Of a DNA stretch of 40,867 nt, positions 25,538 through 33,379 are shown one piece after another; the first letter of the stretch is position 1, and each line of letters starts with the position of its first letter. The DNA comes from Candidatus Asbonarchaeaceae archaeon. GTDB lineage: Archaea > Nanohalarchaeota > Nanosalinia > Nanosalinales > Nanoanaerosalinaceae. The position numbers and the translations under genes are program-made. The notes below the pieces were generated by a model, which had not been told where the DNA came from, did no database searches, and saw nothing but the letters and a program-made list of their open reading frames with translations. The DNA lies in the NCBI GenBank assembly GCA_034190605.1, contig JAXINT010000063.1, forward strand, positions 1 to 40,867, in the 5' to 3' direction.

Positions 25538-25967
25538 CGTTTTCCTCCTCCGCGGTCTCTGTAGAGGCTGTTGCTTTGAAGTCGAACTTCGGCCAGACCT
25601 TGAGCGTGCCGGTCGTGTAGTATCTGATGAACAGTTTGACGCTCTCGCTGTTTTCGTGCACGAGCTCGGCTTTGCGGCCTCCGAAGCTGTCGACTTTGCT
25701 GAGTCGGTCGTTGTCTTCTGTCTCTTCGATCTCGAAGCCGTATTCTTGTGCGAGAGAAATTGCTTCGTTCCAGACGCTTTTCCATTCGGTCGGCTTGTCG
25801 AGGTCGATATGGTGGTCGCTTTTCCGCCCTGAGCCTCTGTCTTCGACTGCGGTAGCCTTTATGGTGTATTCGGCTGTTTCAAGGTTTTTGAGTTCGTCGA
25901 TTAGCTGTCCGACGTGTTCGCCGAACTGGCTCATAAAGCCTTCGTAGTCGTTGTAGTCGAGTGTCAT
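25530..25967 (-). CDS. Hypothetical acidic protein (145 aa)
   Basis: Complete ATG ORF and first gene after class-2 cassette copy d. Confidence 0.6.
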   Translation of the reverse strand: MTLDYNDYEGFMSQFGEHVGQLIDELKNLETAEYTIKATAVEDRGSGRKSDHHIDLDKPTEWKSVWNEAISLAQEYGFEIEETEDNDRLSKVDSFGGRKAELVHENSESVKLFIRYYTTGTLKVWPKFDFKATASTETAEEENDE

Positions 25968-26011
25968 GTTTATCTCCTTATGGACATATTCGTCTTTAAC
26001 CTTTTTATACC
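25968..26011 (-). promoter_or_regulatory. Class-2 promoter/leader cassette (copy d)
   Basis: Coding strand: GTCGATAGGTATAAAAAGGTTAAAGACGAATATGTCCATAAGGAGATAAAC-ATG. Here the leader carries an AAGGAG SD. Confidence 0.6.
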
Positions 26012-26056
26012 TATCGACATCTCCGTCCGGAAGACTTGAAGACGGAACCGTCCAAA

Positions 26057-26067
26057 GATATATAAGG
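26057..26067 (+). promoter_or_regulatory. Plus-strand TATA box (GATATATAAGG) of the divergent control region
   Basis: Lies 4 nt after GACGGAACCGTC (26041-26052). It would place a transcription start near 26088, about 325 nt upstream of the first plus-strand ATG (26414). Confidence 0.45.
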
Positions 26068-26089
26068 TCGTGACCGAAACACTACACTG

Positions 26090-26404
26090 TAAACGGTGCA
26101 GGAAACCTAGCGCGCCCTAGGCTCAATAGGTGCCGGAAATAGGCCGAGAACCGGCGGGCGCGACATGCAGGCTCGAAACGAGTCGTGCATGGGCAGACAC
26201 ATCGAACCACCTAGCACCGCGGATTGTGGGGGAGGGGAGTACCCTCTTCTCTCTGAGAAGACGGGTTCGAGAAGAGCTCTGCTCTTCGATACTCGAACCG
26301 GCGATCCCGACCTGGAGCTGGCACGACCTGCCGCTCCAGGCATCTACGTATGAAACCACAATCAAAACCCTCAGACAGCCGTTTAGGCGACTTCTCGCAA
26401 GAGA
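26090..26404 (+). ncRNA. GC-rich, hairpin-dense element: candidate ncRNA, long structured leader or replication origin
   Basis: Stems seen by eye: cgcgccc/gggcgcg (26111-26162); a 12-bp hairpin with one bulge (26164-26191); GAGGG/CCCTC (26232-26246); TCTTCTC/GAGAAGA (26245-26261); GGTTCGAG..AAGAGC-tct-GCTCTT..CTCGAACC (26264-26299); CCTGGAGC..GGCA-cgacc-TGCC..GCTCCAGG (26311-26340). ORFs here are Arg/Pro/Ser-rich and overlap on both strands. Confidence 0.4.
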
Positions 26405-26413
26405 GTGAAAACG

Positions 26414-26671
26414 ATGACGACAAAGATACCGATTCCGGTACCGCCGAAGAAAGCACAGGAAATAATTGAAGCTCTGGAGAACGGCGGCGCCGTGGAAATC
26501 GAGTTCGCACCTGAAGAAGTACGCGAACATGAAGACCTCCTGCGAGACATAGCCAAGCTACACCACCCTGAAAAATCTATTAGAGAAAGAGCTGAAGAGC
26601 TTCGAGACGAAGCTTATCAGGCCGAGCCTGACGACTTCAGCGACGAAATAGAGGTCGAAGAATATGACTGA
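26414..26671 (+). CDS. Hypothetical acidic protein (85 aa)
   Basis: The ATG at 26414 has GAGAGTGA 7 nt upstream; the track start is a GTG at 26405. It is the first gene of the plus-strand operon. Confidence 0.55.
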   Translation: MTTKIPIPVPPKKAQEIIEALENGGAVEIEFAPEEVREHEDLLRDIAKLHHPEKSIRERAEELRDEAYQAEPDDFSDEIEVEEYD

Positions 26672-26813
26672 CTGGTTCGTCGAAGCAGAGCTCTACGAAG
26701 AGGAAGAAAAAGCCGAAAAATTCAACAGCGTCTACTCTCGCGGCATAAACGACGAAGAAGAATTAGAGAAATTTCTTGAGGCGCTGGAAGAAGAGCTAAG
26801 GAAAACTCTATGA
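26664..26813 (+). CDS. Hypothetical small acidic protein (49 aa)
   Basis: ATGACTGA overlap with the upstream gene and ATGA overlap with the downstream gene. Product is MTDWFVEAELYEEEEKAEKFNSVYSRGINDEEELEKFLEALEEELRKTL. Confidence 0.45.
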   Translation: MTDWFVEAELYEEEEKAEKFNSVYSRGINDEEELEKFLEALEEELRKTL

Positions 26814-27088
26814 TTAAAGTGACTGAAGACCACTGGGAGCTCGCCAGAGGCCAGGACGGCATCAAAGAAACACAGGAAGAAGGTCTCTTCGTACTGGAAG
26901 GCGTACAGAAGCTCCGCGCCAAGAAAGCCGAGTGTTGGTACATCGACCTCAGAAATGACACCTTCAACTTCTACGGCTACACGGCGGACGGCGATCCTGT
27001 AGAGCCGCCGATAACTCCAAAACCTGTTAAAGAGCTCAAGTCGCATATCCGAGCCGATGGAAGCAGCGACCTCAACCAGTTCGTGTAA
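26810..27088 (+). CDS. Hypothetical protein (92 aa)
   Basis: Complete ATG ORF, coupled to its neighbours. Confidence 0.55.
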   Translation: MIKVTEDHWELARGQDGIKETQEEGLFVLEGVQKLRAKKAECWYIDLRNDTFNFYGYTADGDPVEPPITPKPVKELKSHIRADGSSDLNQFV

Positions 27089-27092
27089 ACTA

Positions 27093-27263
27093 TGGAAGAC
27101 AGAGAGCTCGTCTACGTACCGCTTCTACTCGAACCTGAAGACTACGAAGCGCTTAAAAGCCAGTTAGACGGCGAGACAGGAGAGAAGGAGATAACTGTGA
27201 ACCTGCCGTTTGAAGGAGTCGAGAAATTGAAGAGACGGTTCAGAGGTGATAGCGGTGCCTAGA
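27093..27263 (+). CDS. Hypothetical small protein (56 aa)
   Basis: The ATG lies 4 nt after the previous stop. Product is MEDRELVYVPLLLEPEDYEALKSQLDGETGEKEITVNLPFEGVEKLKRRFRGDSGA. Confidence 0.4.
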
Positions 27264-27392
27264 GAGGAGTGCGGCGGCCTGTACTGTAATGGTAAACTAC
27301 AGAAAACTCAGACTCTTTCCGGAGACGTCGAATGGGTCTGCGGAAAATGCGGGAAAAGATACGATAGTCACGGGGCGAGAATAAATGGCTAG
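27246..27392 (+). CDS. Mini zinc-ribbon protein (48 aa)
   Basis: GTG start. 'ECGGLYCNGKL...WVCGKCGKRY' is a four-Cys ribbon. It overlaps both neighbouring genes. Confidence 0.4.
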   Translation: MIAVPREECGGLYCNGKLQKTQTLSGDVEWVCGKCGKRYDSHGARING

Positions 27393-27996
27393 TTTCTCAG
27401 TAAGCCAGAAAACCAGGGAGAAGCACGAACCTGAAGTCGTGCAGAAAGGCTCTGGAACCGACTTCGAGGACATCGACTTCGTCCAGAAGCTAGCTGACGC
27501 TATAGGTGTGCTACGCAGCGAGGCCGAAGAACAAGTTAGGAAAGTAAAGGACGAATACCAAGGCCTAGTCACACTGGATTCCTCTGCCGCCATACTTGCA
27601 GCACGGAACCATGGTGAAGAAATACTCGACGACCCAGAAATGGATACCGAGCTGGAGATCGCGAACGTGGTTCCGGGTATGAGCAGCATCGACATCCGAG
27701 CCACAGTCGTCAAGATAATGAGCGAGAATACGTTTGACGGCGGCCGAGTCCGGAGCTGCGACATAGAAGACTCGTCAGGGAAGACGCAGCTCACGTTCTG
27801 GAATGAAGACTGCGACGCTTTAGATCATTTAAGCCGCGGAGACAATATCAAGGTTGTCAACGCATACACGAAAGAAGAAGTGTCGGACTGGCAGCAGAAG
27901 CATTATGATAGTATTCCTGCAATCCAGCTCGGCGATGATGCGAAAGTTATCGCTATGAAGGAAGGAGAAGAAGTAGAGGTTGTTGAGGCGGAGTAG
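27385..27996 (+). CDS. RPA-like OB-fold single-stranded DNA-binding protein (203 aa)
   Basis: 'IDIRATVVKIMSENTFDGGRVRSCDIEDSSGKTQLTFWNEDCDALDHLSRGDNIKVVNAYTKE' matches the archaeal RPA OB-fold pattern (..DetG.i.ltlW.e.a..l..Gd.v.i.na..). Confidence 0.65.
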   Translation: MASFSVSQKTREKHEPEVVQKGSGTDFEDIDFVQKLADAIGVLRSEAEEQVRKVKDEYQGLVTLDSSAAILAARNHGEEILDDPEMDTELEIANVVPGMSSIDIRATVVKIMSENTFDGGRVRSCDIEDSSGKTQLTFWNEDCDALDHLSRGDNIKVVNAYTKEEVSDWQQKHYDSIPAIQLGDDAKVIAMKEGEEVEVVEAE

Positions 27997-28209
27997 TTAC
28001 TCTATCCATTCGACGTCGTCTTCGCCGGTCTCAGGCTTTTCTTCGACATCTTCGCCCTCTTCCAGAGGTTTTTCTTCCTCCGGCAGCTCTGTGATTCTGA
28101 TGTCTCGCGCTAGTTCTTCGCTGACGCCGCGGCTCCGCAAAACCTGTTTAGAGATTTCTGCCTGACCGTTCTCTTTGATGCGGCGCAGTGCTTCAGCCCA
28201 GAGATTCAT
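27997..28209 (-). CDS. Hypothetical small acidic protein (70 aa)
   Basis: Complete ORF. Its stop codon directly abuts the stop of the convergent RPA gene. Confidence 0.5.
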   Translation of the reverse strand: MNLWAEALRRIKENGQAEISKQVLRSRGVSEELARDIRITELPEEEKPLEEGEDVEEKPETGEDDVEWIE

Positions 28210-28477
28210 TGTCCTCCGCCTGTTCTAAAGCGGTCGTGTTAGTCTCGATTTCCTTCACAAACGCTTTCAGCACGTTTCTCACGGTGCCTTCTTTGACTCT
28301 AACCTTGTCCTCGATTCCTTTCACGAGCTGGTCATACATGACGTCGTCTTCCTTCAGTGCTTCGATTCCTGATGCGAGGTCTCTGTACGCTAGGTACTTC
28401 TGCACCATTTTCGAGTTCAGGATTTCTTCGAGCTGGTCTTCGTCGAGGTCTTCAAGATTCGTCGGCATTTTCGTCAC
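28193..28477 (-). CDS. Hypothetical protein (94 aa)
   Basis: Complete ORF coupled to its neighbours. Confidence 0.5.
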   Translation of the reverse strand: MTKMPTNLEDLDEDQLEEILNSKMVQKYLAYRDLASGIEALKEDDVMYDQLVKGIEDKVRVKEGTVRNVLKAFVKEIETNTTALEQAEDNESLG

Positions 28478-28994
28478 CTCCGAAGTATTTCTGGACGCCG
28501 TCGAGAACGCCTTCCATGCTCTGAGTGGCTTTCGGCATTTCGATGTCGCGGTTGGATGCGACTATTTTCTGAACCATCGGCCACAGGTCTTGAAGGTCTT
28601 TTTTAAGGTCTTCAAGGTCGTCTTCGAGGTTCTCTTTCTTGCTCTGGTATTGCTGGACTTCGACGTAGTCGGTGATGGCGCCTTCAGGGAGGCTGTTCAC
28701 GAGACCTGGTTTGAAGTCGTCGATGACTTCTGTGCTGTCTTGTTCTTGGCTCTGGTCTAGTACGTGCATAAGTTCCATTTCTCCGTCGTAGCCTTCGAGC
28801 CTGTCCTGTATCTCGCTGTTGAGGTTCGAGGCTTGGTTAATCATCTGGCGGTATTTGTGCACTTTCTGCTCGAACATCTGGACAAAGCCTTTCTCGGAGA
28901 CTTCTTCTTCGTGGCTTGTGGAGATTTTGACTTGTCCGTCTTCACGGTTGATCTTGCGGTCTGCGATAGAACTCTGGTAATCGTCTTCAGGCAT
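28452..28994 (-). CDS. Hypothetical acidic protein (180 aa)
   Basis: Complete ATG ORF and first gene after class-2 cassette copy h. Confidence 0.6.
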   Translation of the reverse strand: MPEDDYQSSIADRKINREDGQVKISTSHEEEVSEKGFVQMFEQKVHKYRQMINQASNLNSEIQDRLEGYDGEMELMHVLDQSQEQDSTEVIDDFKPGLVNSLPEGAITDYVEVQQYQSKKENLEDDLEDLKKDLQDLWPMVQKIVASNRDIEMPKATQSMEGVLDGVQKYFGGDENADES

Positions 28995-29025
28995 GTAGAC
29001 TTTTTCGTCTCGAAGTCTTAAAATA
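28995..29025 (-). promoter_or_regulatory. Class-2 promoter cassette, leaderless form (copy h)
   Basis: Coding strand: TATTTTAAGACTTCGAGACGAAAAAGTCTAC-ATG. TATA box ends 23 nt upstream of the ATG. Confidence 0.6.
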
Positions 29026-29299
29026 GTTGTGTTAGAACAAAGGTGAGCAAAGCGATATGCGAAGCAACCAGAATCGCGAATCCCATCGGCCCCTCTTCCA
29101 GCATCGCAAACACAAATCTCAGGTACGACTCAAAGATTCTGAACCCTGCCACGATCAAGCTCGCGGTTAAAGAAGCCAGAAACCGTGCCCACGCCTTATT
29201 TCCAAGGTAACGCTTCTCTACCTGTCGACCGGCCTCTCCATCCTTATTGAGCCACCCTAAACGCTCCAGATGTCGGTGGAAACGGCTACTCTTCGACAT
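29018..29299 (-). CDS. Small membrane protein (93 aa)
   Basis: Hydrophobic segments 'FLASLTASLIVAGF' and 'GFAILVASHIALLTFVLTQLF'. Confidence 0.55.
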   Translation of the reverse strand: MSKSSRFHRHLERLGWLNKDGEAGRQVEKRYLGNKAWARFLASLTASLIVAGFRIFESYLRFVFAMLEEGPMGFAILVASHIALLTFVLTQLF

Positions 29300-29657
29300 A
29301 CTCTACCTCAGAAATCATTATCCAGCACTCTTCGTTGTCTGGGTCGCGCATCGTGCCGTAGTAAATCACTTTTCCCTTCGCGTCATCCTTGTACTGAGCA
29401 TCTTCTTCGTTGACGCAGTGGTTCGACTGATACTCCTCGTCGATCTCAGACATCATTTCGAGGAACTTCATCTGTCTCTCCATATCTGGTTCGCCAGGTT
29501 CGAGAGCATGAGCCATGGAGACAAGTTCGCCGTCTTTCACTCCGAGCTCTTCACGTCTTTCTTCAGGAGTGTCGTACTGCTGCGCCAAGTAGTCGAGTAT
29601 TTCGTCTGCTTCCCAGTCGGGTACTCTCGGCGCCTGCGGCTTCTGCGAAACGCTCAT
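29286..29657 (-). CDS. Hypothetical protein (123 aa)
   Basis: I prefer the ATG at 29657 (MSVSQKPQ..), with a TATA box 21 nt upstream. Confidence 0.55.
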   Translation of the reverse strand: MSVSQKPQAPRVPDWEADEILDYLAQQYDTPEERREELGVKDGELVSMAHALEPGEPDMERQMKFLEMMSEIDEEYQSNHCVNEEDAQYKDDAKGKVIYYGTMRDPDNEECWIMISEVEYVEE

Positions 29658-29677
29658 AGTACCGGCTTCTCCGGTTC

Positions 29678-29687
29678 GTTTAAAAAA
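29678..29687 (-). promoter_or_regulatory. TATA box for 29286..29657
   Basis: Coding-strand TTTTTTAAAC ends 21 nt upstream of the ATG at 29657. Confidence 0.45.
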
Positions 29688-29688
29688 G

Positions 29689-30021
29689 TTAGTCCTCAAG
29701 GACTCTGGAGCCGATCATATCCCAGTCCGTATCCTCGAAGAACTCTTCCGCACGCTCGATCTGCTTCCTAGCGTACAGCATGTCGCCGTGAGAAGTCTTA
29801 ACCTCCTTGTAAAACGCCAGTTGGTCGTCGTAATTCACTAATAGGACGTCGAACTCGCCTACACAGTTGCCTTTATCCTGTGGATGCGGCCCTGCCGGAG
29901 AGTTATCGTTTTCAAAGTATTCTGTTTCCCTGAAGGCGTCATCCCAGTAGCCTTCGTCGAGAGAGTTCTCCGCCGCCAGGTAATGCTTCGTGACGGCTTC
30001 GCTGTGATCCACAGCTATCAC
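29689..30021 (-). CDS. Possible PD-(D/E)XK-type nuclease (110 aa)
   Basis: 'GEFDVLLVNYDDQLAFYKEVKTS' fits a D...(E)xK core like those of Hjc/VRR-NUC-type nucleases. The motif match is weak. Confidence 0.35.
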   Translation of the reverse strand: MIAVDHSEAVTKHYLAAENSLDEGYWDDAFRETEYFENDNSPAGPHPQDKGNCVGEFDVLLVNYDDQLAFYKEVKTSHGDMLYARKQIERAEEFFEDTDWDMIGSRVLED

Positions 30022-30332
30022 ATCTCCAGGGCGAGCTCTACCTCTGTGTAAGCATCCGTGTCGTAGTTTCCGGTGTCGTAGATGTGCTGGCTCTGCTTCT
30101 CGACGAAGCCGAGCTCTTCAAGGCCTTCGAGTACACGCCTAGCGTAGCTTTCCGCTACTCCGTTCCACGGCTCTAGTATATCCTGTCCAGTTTCCTGAGC
30201 TATCTCTCTAGGCGAAGTATGAATCCGTGTTTCAAGTATAGCGTCTCCGACCTCTTCATGGTAGCTGTTCAGGAAGCCGTAGGTTCGTTCGTCGTCGTGC
30301 TTCATGTCGAGAACTTCTATAGCTGTCTTCAT
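30018..30332 (-). CDS. Hypothetical protein (104 aa), possible winged helix
   Basis: Complete ORF coupled on both sides. 'SYARRVLEGLEELGFVEKQ' looks like a wHTH. Confidence 0.5.
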   Translation of the reverse strand: MKTAIEVLDMKHDDERTYGFLNSYHEEVGDAILETRIHTSPREIAQETGQDILEPWNGVAESYARRVLEGLEELGFVEKQSQHIYDTGNYDTDAYTEVELALEM

Positions 30333-31414
30333 GCTCTCTCACCGTCACCCTCCAGCATTTTGGAGATGTCGTCGCTTGAAAGGTCGGATTCACCTTCTAT
30401 CGGATACATGACGCGGTTGGTCTGCCAGCTTCGGATGTCGCCATCCTCGACTTCCATGTCTACGATCCAGCCTCCGGCCTTCGGTTTGATTCCTTTACGT
30501 TCTAGGAAAGGTGTCGGGCCTTGCCATGCTCCGGCGTAGAGCACCTGGCTTCCCTCCGTCTCGGCGTTCAAGAATTGGTGGAGGTGCCCGAAGACAGTGA
30601 TGTCGGCTTTCTGCTCGTCTGGTTTGTCTCGCAGCCACGTCTGGGCTCGATAGCCTAGTGTATATGGTGCGCCTCCTGATGGATGAACTAAATCCATGTC
30701 GACTTCGCCGAGGTCGATGTTGGCGTAGGAGTCTCCCAGGAAATGCAGGTCGTCTCTTTCGGCGTCTAGCTGCTCTCCGAATCTTATTCCTGTGTTTTTG
30801 AAGAGCTGGTGGTCGTGGTTTCCTTCGATGAACAGGGTGTCGATGCCGTCTCGCTCCGGATAGTTTTCTACCACGTAGTTCTTGAGGCGATCCCAGCCGA
30901 TTGCTTCTGGCTGTAAATGGTTGCTGTGGCCTCTGTAGACGCCTCTACCGTTATTTTTGACTGTTCCGTCGCTGATGTCTCCTGCGTGGAAGACTACGTC
31001 TATGTCTTCGTCCTCAAGTCTGTCGTAGAAATCGTTAAGCGAGTCAAGCTGCTCTCCTGTGGAGCCGAGGTGTGTATCTGATATTACTGCGAAGTTGTAG
31101 TGGCCGTCTTCGTTGACCCAGCGCCAAGTGTCGTCGACCTCGTCCTCGATTTGATACATTTTCGTGCCGTATTGGTCAACTGTTTTCTCGGAGATGTCTC
31201 TTCCGGTGGCGCGGAGCTCTTCTACCACTGATCTGGCTTTGTCGCGGCTCCAGTCGTATTCTTCGGAGAAATCGTCATACGTCATTCCAGATTTTAGGTC
31301 ATCTACAAGTCCGTCTGGTATTTCATCGTCAGGCATAGAGTGGTGCCCTAGAAAAAGGTTTCGACGGGCTGCACTTAAAAGGTCAGGCATGTTCGTTTTG
31401 ACGCTTGTGTTCAA
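30329..31414 (-). CDS. Calcineurin-like metallophosphoesterase resembling the PolD small subunit (DP1) / B-subunit family (361 aa)
   Basis: Phosphoesterase motifs 'VISDTHLGS', 'HAGDISDGT..GRGVY', 'IEGNHD', 'VFGHLH'. The C-terminal 'YAGAWQGPTPFLERKGIKPKAGGWIVDME' matches the DP1 pattern 'N.gtWQ.qT.FQk..ni.P.P..v.vvd'. The start may lie at an internal Met. Confidence 0.55.
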   Translation of the reverse strand: MNTSVKTNMPDLLSAARRNLFLGHHSMPDDEIPDGLVDDLKSGMTYDDFSEEYDWSRDKARSVVEELRATGRDISEKTVDQYGTKMYQIEDEVDDTWRWVNEDGHYNFAVISDTHLGSTGEQLDSLNDFYDRLEDEDIDVVFHAGDISDGTVKNNGRGVYRGHSNHLQPEAIGWDRLKNYVVENYPERDGIDTLFIEGNHDHQLFKNTGIRFGEQLDAERDDLHFLGDSYANIDLGEVDMDLVHPSGGAPYTLGYRAQTWLRDKPDEQKADITVFGHLHQFLNAETEGSQVLYAGAWQGPTPFLERKGIKPKAGGWIVDMEVEDGDIRSWQTNRVMYPIEGESDLSSDDISKMLEGDGERA

Positions 31415-32126
31415 CCCACCGATGTCTCAGCCTGTTGTAAACCTCTGTCTTGTTCTCTCCACCGGTTTCCTGTCTGACACTGTTTTCGTCGGCTCTGAGA
31501 CCCTGGTGCTCGACTTCTGCGTCTTCGACGTGTTTGATGTCGTAGCCTGCTGAGTCGGCTCTCCATCCGAACTCGGCGCCTTCTCCCACCTGGTGCCGCT
31601 GGTCGAACAACGGGTGTAGGCCGCCGAGCTTGAAGAACAGTTTACGCGGTATGGATATGTTGGCCGTCCACATCAGTCTGGGTGTGTCTGTTGCGGCGTG
31701 TACTGGGTGTCGGTCGCCTTTTTCACCGGTTTCCGGGTCTATGAACTGTATAGGGCCGAACATCGGTTTGCTTGGCTCGAAGGCGTTCCAGTATGCTTCT
31801 AGCCAGCCTTTTTCGGGTATGCAGTCGTCGTCGAGGAAGATTAATTGGTCGTAGTGGCTGGCTCCTGCGGCGACGTTCCGCAGCATGGAGGGTCGGAAGT
31901 GTTTGTGAGGTATATGGATGACTTCGAGGTTCGATATGGCGAATTCAGGTAGTTCGTAGCCTGAGCCGTCGACTACTACGAAGACCTCGAACTTGTCTCC
32001 GATTCCTGCTCGGCCTGCTTCCTCGATGACTTTGTTGAGGGTTTCTTTCACCATTTCTTCTCTGTTGCGGGTCGGTATTACGACTGTGACGCCGCGTTCT
32101 CCGGATGCGAACGGTTCCTCAGTCAT
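31383..32126 (-). CDS. Family-2 glycosyltransferase (247 aa)
   Basis: 'TVVIPTRNREEMVKETLNKV', 'VVVDGSG' and 'RPSMLRNVAAGASHYDQLIFLDDDCIP' (DxD) are classic GT2 signatures. Confidence 0.7.
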   Translation of the reverse strand: MTEEPFASGERGVTVVIPTRNREEMVKETLNKVIEEAGRAGIGDKFEVFVVVDGSGYELPEFAISNLEVIHIPHKHFRPSMLRNVAAGASHYDQLIFLDDDCIPEKGWLEAYWNAFEPSKPMFGPIQFIDPETGEKGDRHPVHAATDTPRLMWTANISIPRKLFFKLGGLHPLFDQRHQVGEGAEFGWRADSAGYDIKHVEDAEVEHQGLRADENSVRQETGGENKTEVYNRLRHRWVEHKRQNEHA

Positions 32127-33166
32127 ATATAACCCATTTCCTCAAGTTTCTGTTTTATTTCTTCTTCGTCGCCTCTGACTTGGCTGTCTGGCCGTTCTTC
32201 TCCGATCCAATCGTCGTCAAAGCCTAGTTGGCAGCTAATTTGAAAAGCTACGTCCTGAGTCTTGAGTTTTTGTCTCTTTGGCTCTACAGTTAGTGAGTCA
32301 GGGGCAAAGCTGGATATGAAAACTCCTTTGCGGTCGTGCCGTTTCTCGTGCATCTGAAACCCGTGGTCGGAGACAATAATCCAGTGCTCGGGCTTTAAGT
32401 TCTCTATAAGGTATCTGCATGTCTCACCCATTTCCTTGTAGATTTCCCGTGTGTACGGGCCTTCAGGTTGTAGGCCTTCGACGTGTCCGGCTTTGTCGAC
32501 TCCGTGAGTTCCGAACCATGCTACGTCAGGGCTTTCTTTCCGCGCCATAGCTGTGAACTGGCCGCATTTATCCTGTTCTATCTCGCAGGCTCTTTCGATT
32601 ACTTCTTGTATTTCTTCTTCAGTCATGTTCTGGCCCCAGGGTGCGAGGCTGCGGATGTCGTCTCTCGGAAGCTCGTCTTTTATCTGGATTATGTTTCTAG
32701 GTATTTCGGCGAACTTCTTCACTGACTCGGTTCTATGATTGGCGTGAGGGCCGACATGGTAGGTCTCTGAAGTGCCAAGTGGTGAAGGGAACCCGCTTAT
32801 TGACCACCCGTTTCCGATCTGAGGAGCTGGATACGTAACTGGCATAGAATAGATTGCTTGCCGTAGCCCTTCCTCGTCGATCTTCTCGAAGATTGTCTTC
32901 TTCTGGATGTTCGAGTAGTCGAGATGCTCTTTTTTCCAGCCGTGAGAGGTTATACCGTGTTCTTCCGGCATGACGCCTGTGTACATGCTGCTCCATTCGA
33001 CGCCTGTATGTGGTGTTCCGTGTTCGTCGATGCTGTGCAGCGTCTCTTTGTAGGCTTCTCCGTTTTCGATTTGTTGGAAGAGCCAGTTCCAGGTGTCATA
33101 GTCTTCGAGGTATTGGTCGAAGAACTCGCTGGAGAAGGCGTCAATACCGATTACTAGCAACTTCAT
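32123..33166 (-). CDS. Alkaline-phosphatase-superfamily enzyme (type I phosphodiesterase / nucleotide pyrophosphatase-like, 347 aa)
   Basis: 'MKLLVIGIDAFSSEF', 'GTPHTGVEWSSMYTGVMPEEHGI' (nucleophile Thr region) and 'IIVSDHGF' match the PF01663-type pattern as I remember it. Confidence 0.6.
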   Translation of the reverse strand: MKLLVIGIDAFSSEFFDQYLEDYDTWNWLFQQIENGEAYKETLHSIDEHGTPHTGVEWSSMYTGVMPEEHGITSHGWKKEHLDYSNIQKKTIFEKIDEEGLRQAIYSMPVTYPAPQIGNGWSISGFPSPLGTSETYHVGPHANHRTESVKKFAEIPRNIIQIKDELPRDDIRSLAPWGQNMTEEEIQEVIERACEIEQDKCGQFTAMARKESPDVAWFGTHGVDKAGHVEGLQPEGPYTREIYKEMGETCRYLIENLKPEHWIIVSDHGFQMHEKRHDRKGVFISSFAPDSLTVEPKRQKLKTQDVAFQISCQLGFDDDWIGEERPDSQVRGDEEEIKQKLEEMGYI

Positions 33167-33372
33167 TCTTTCTCACCAGTCGCTTGGAATCTTATCCATT
33201 CTTCTTCCTTGTAGTGAGAGCTTTTCTTCGCCCCCTCAATTCTGTCCGGAAAGTCTTTCGACTCTTTATAGTATATGAGAAGGCACCCGTTTTCCTCCAC
33301 TTCAAAAGATTCTACATCTGTGTGGTGTGTCGGTGTTTTAGGGCTGCTATCAGGCCAAACCCGCAGTTCCAT
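33163..33372 (-). CDS. Hypothetical small protein (69 aa)
   Basis: Complete ORF coupled to the downstream gene. Confidence 0.45.
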   Translation of the reverse strand: MELRVWPDSSPKTPTHHTDVESFEVEENGCLLIYYKESKDFPDRIEGAKKSSHYKEEEWIRFQATGEKE

Positions 33373-33379
33373 TTTTTAA

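Noticed and set aside
26107-26530. Overlapping ORFs on both strands in the 26.1-26.5 kb island (26107..26343, 26123..26530, 26130..26408, 26165..26353, 26211..26510)
   Set aside because: They are mutually overlapping, Arg/Pro/Ser/Cys-rich and lack promoter or SD context. The region is explained better as structured non-coding DNA or RNA.
27297-29771. Antisense ORFs 27297..27794 (-), 28188..28760 (+), 28764..29021 (+), 29247..29771 (+)
   Set aside because: Each lies opposite a better ORF that is motif-bearing or translationally coupled. Their compositions (Ser/Phe/Val-rich) are atypical of the acidic proteome.
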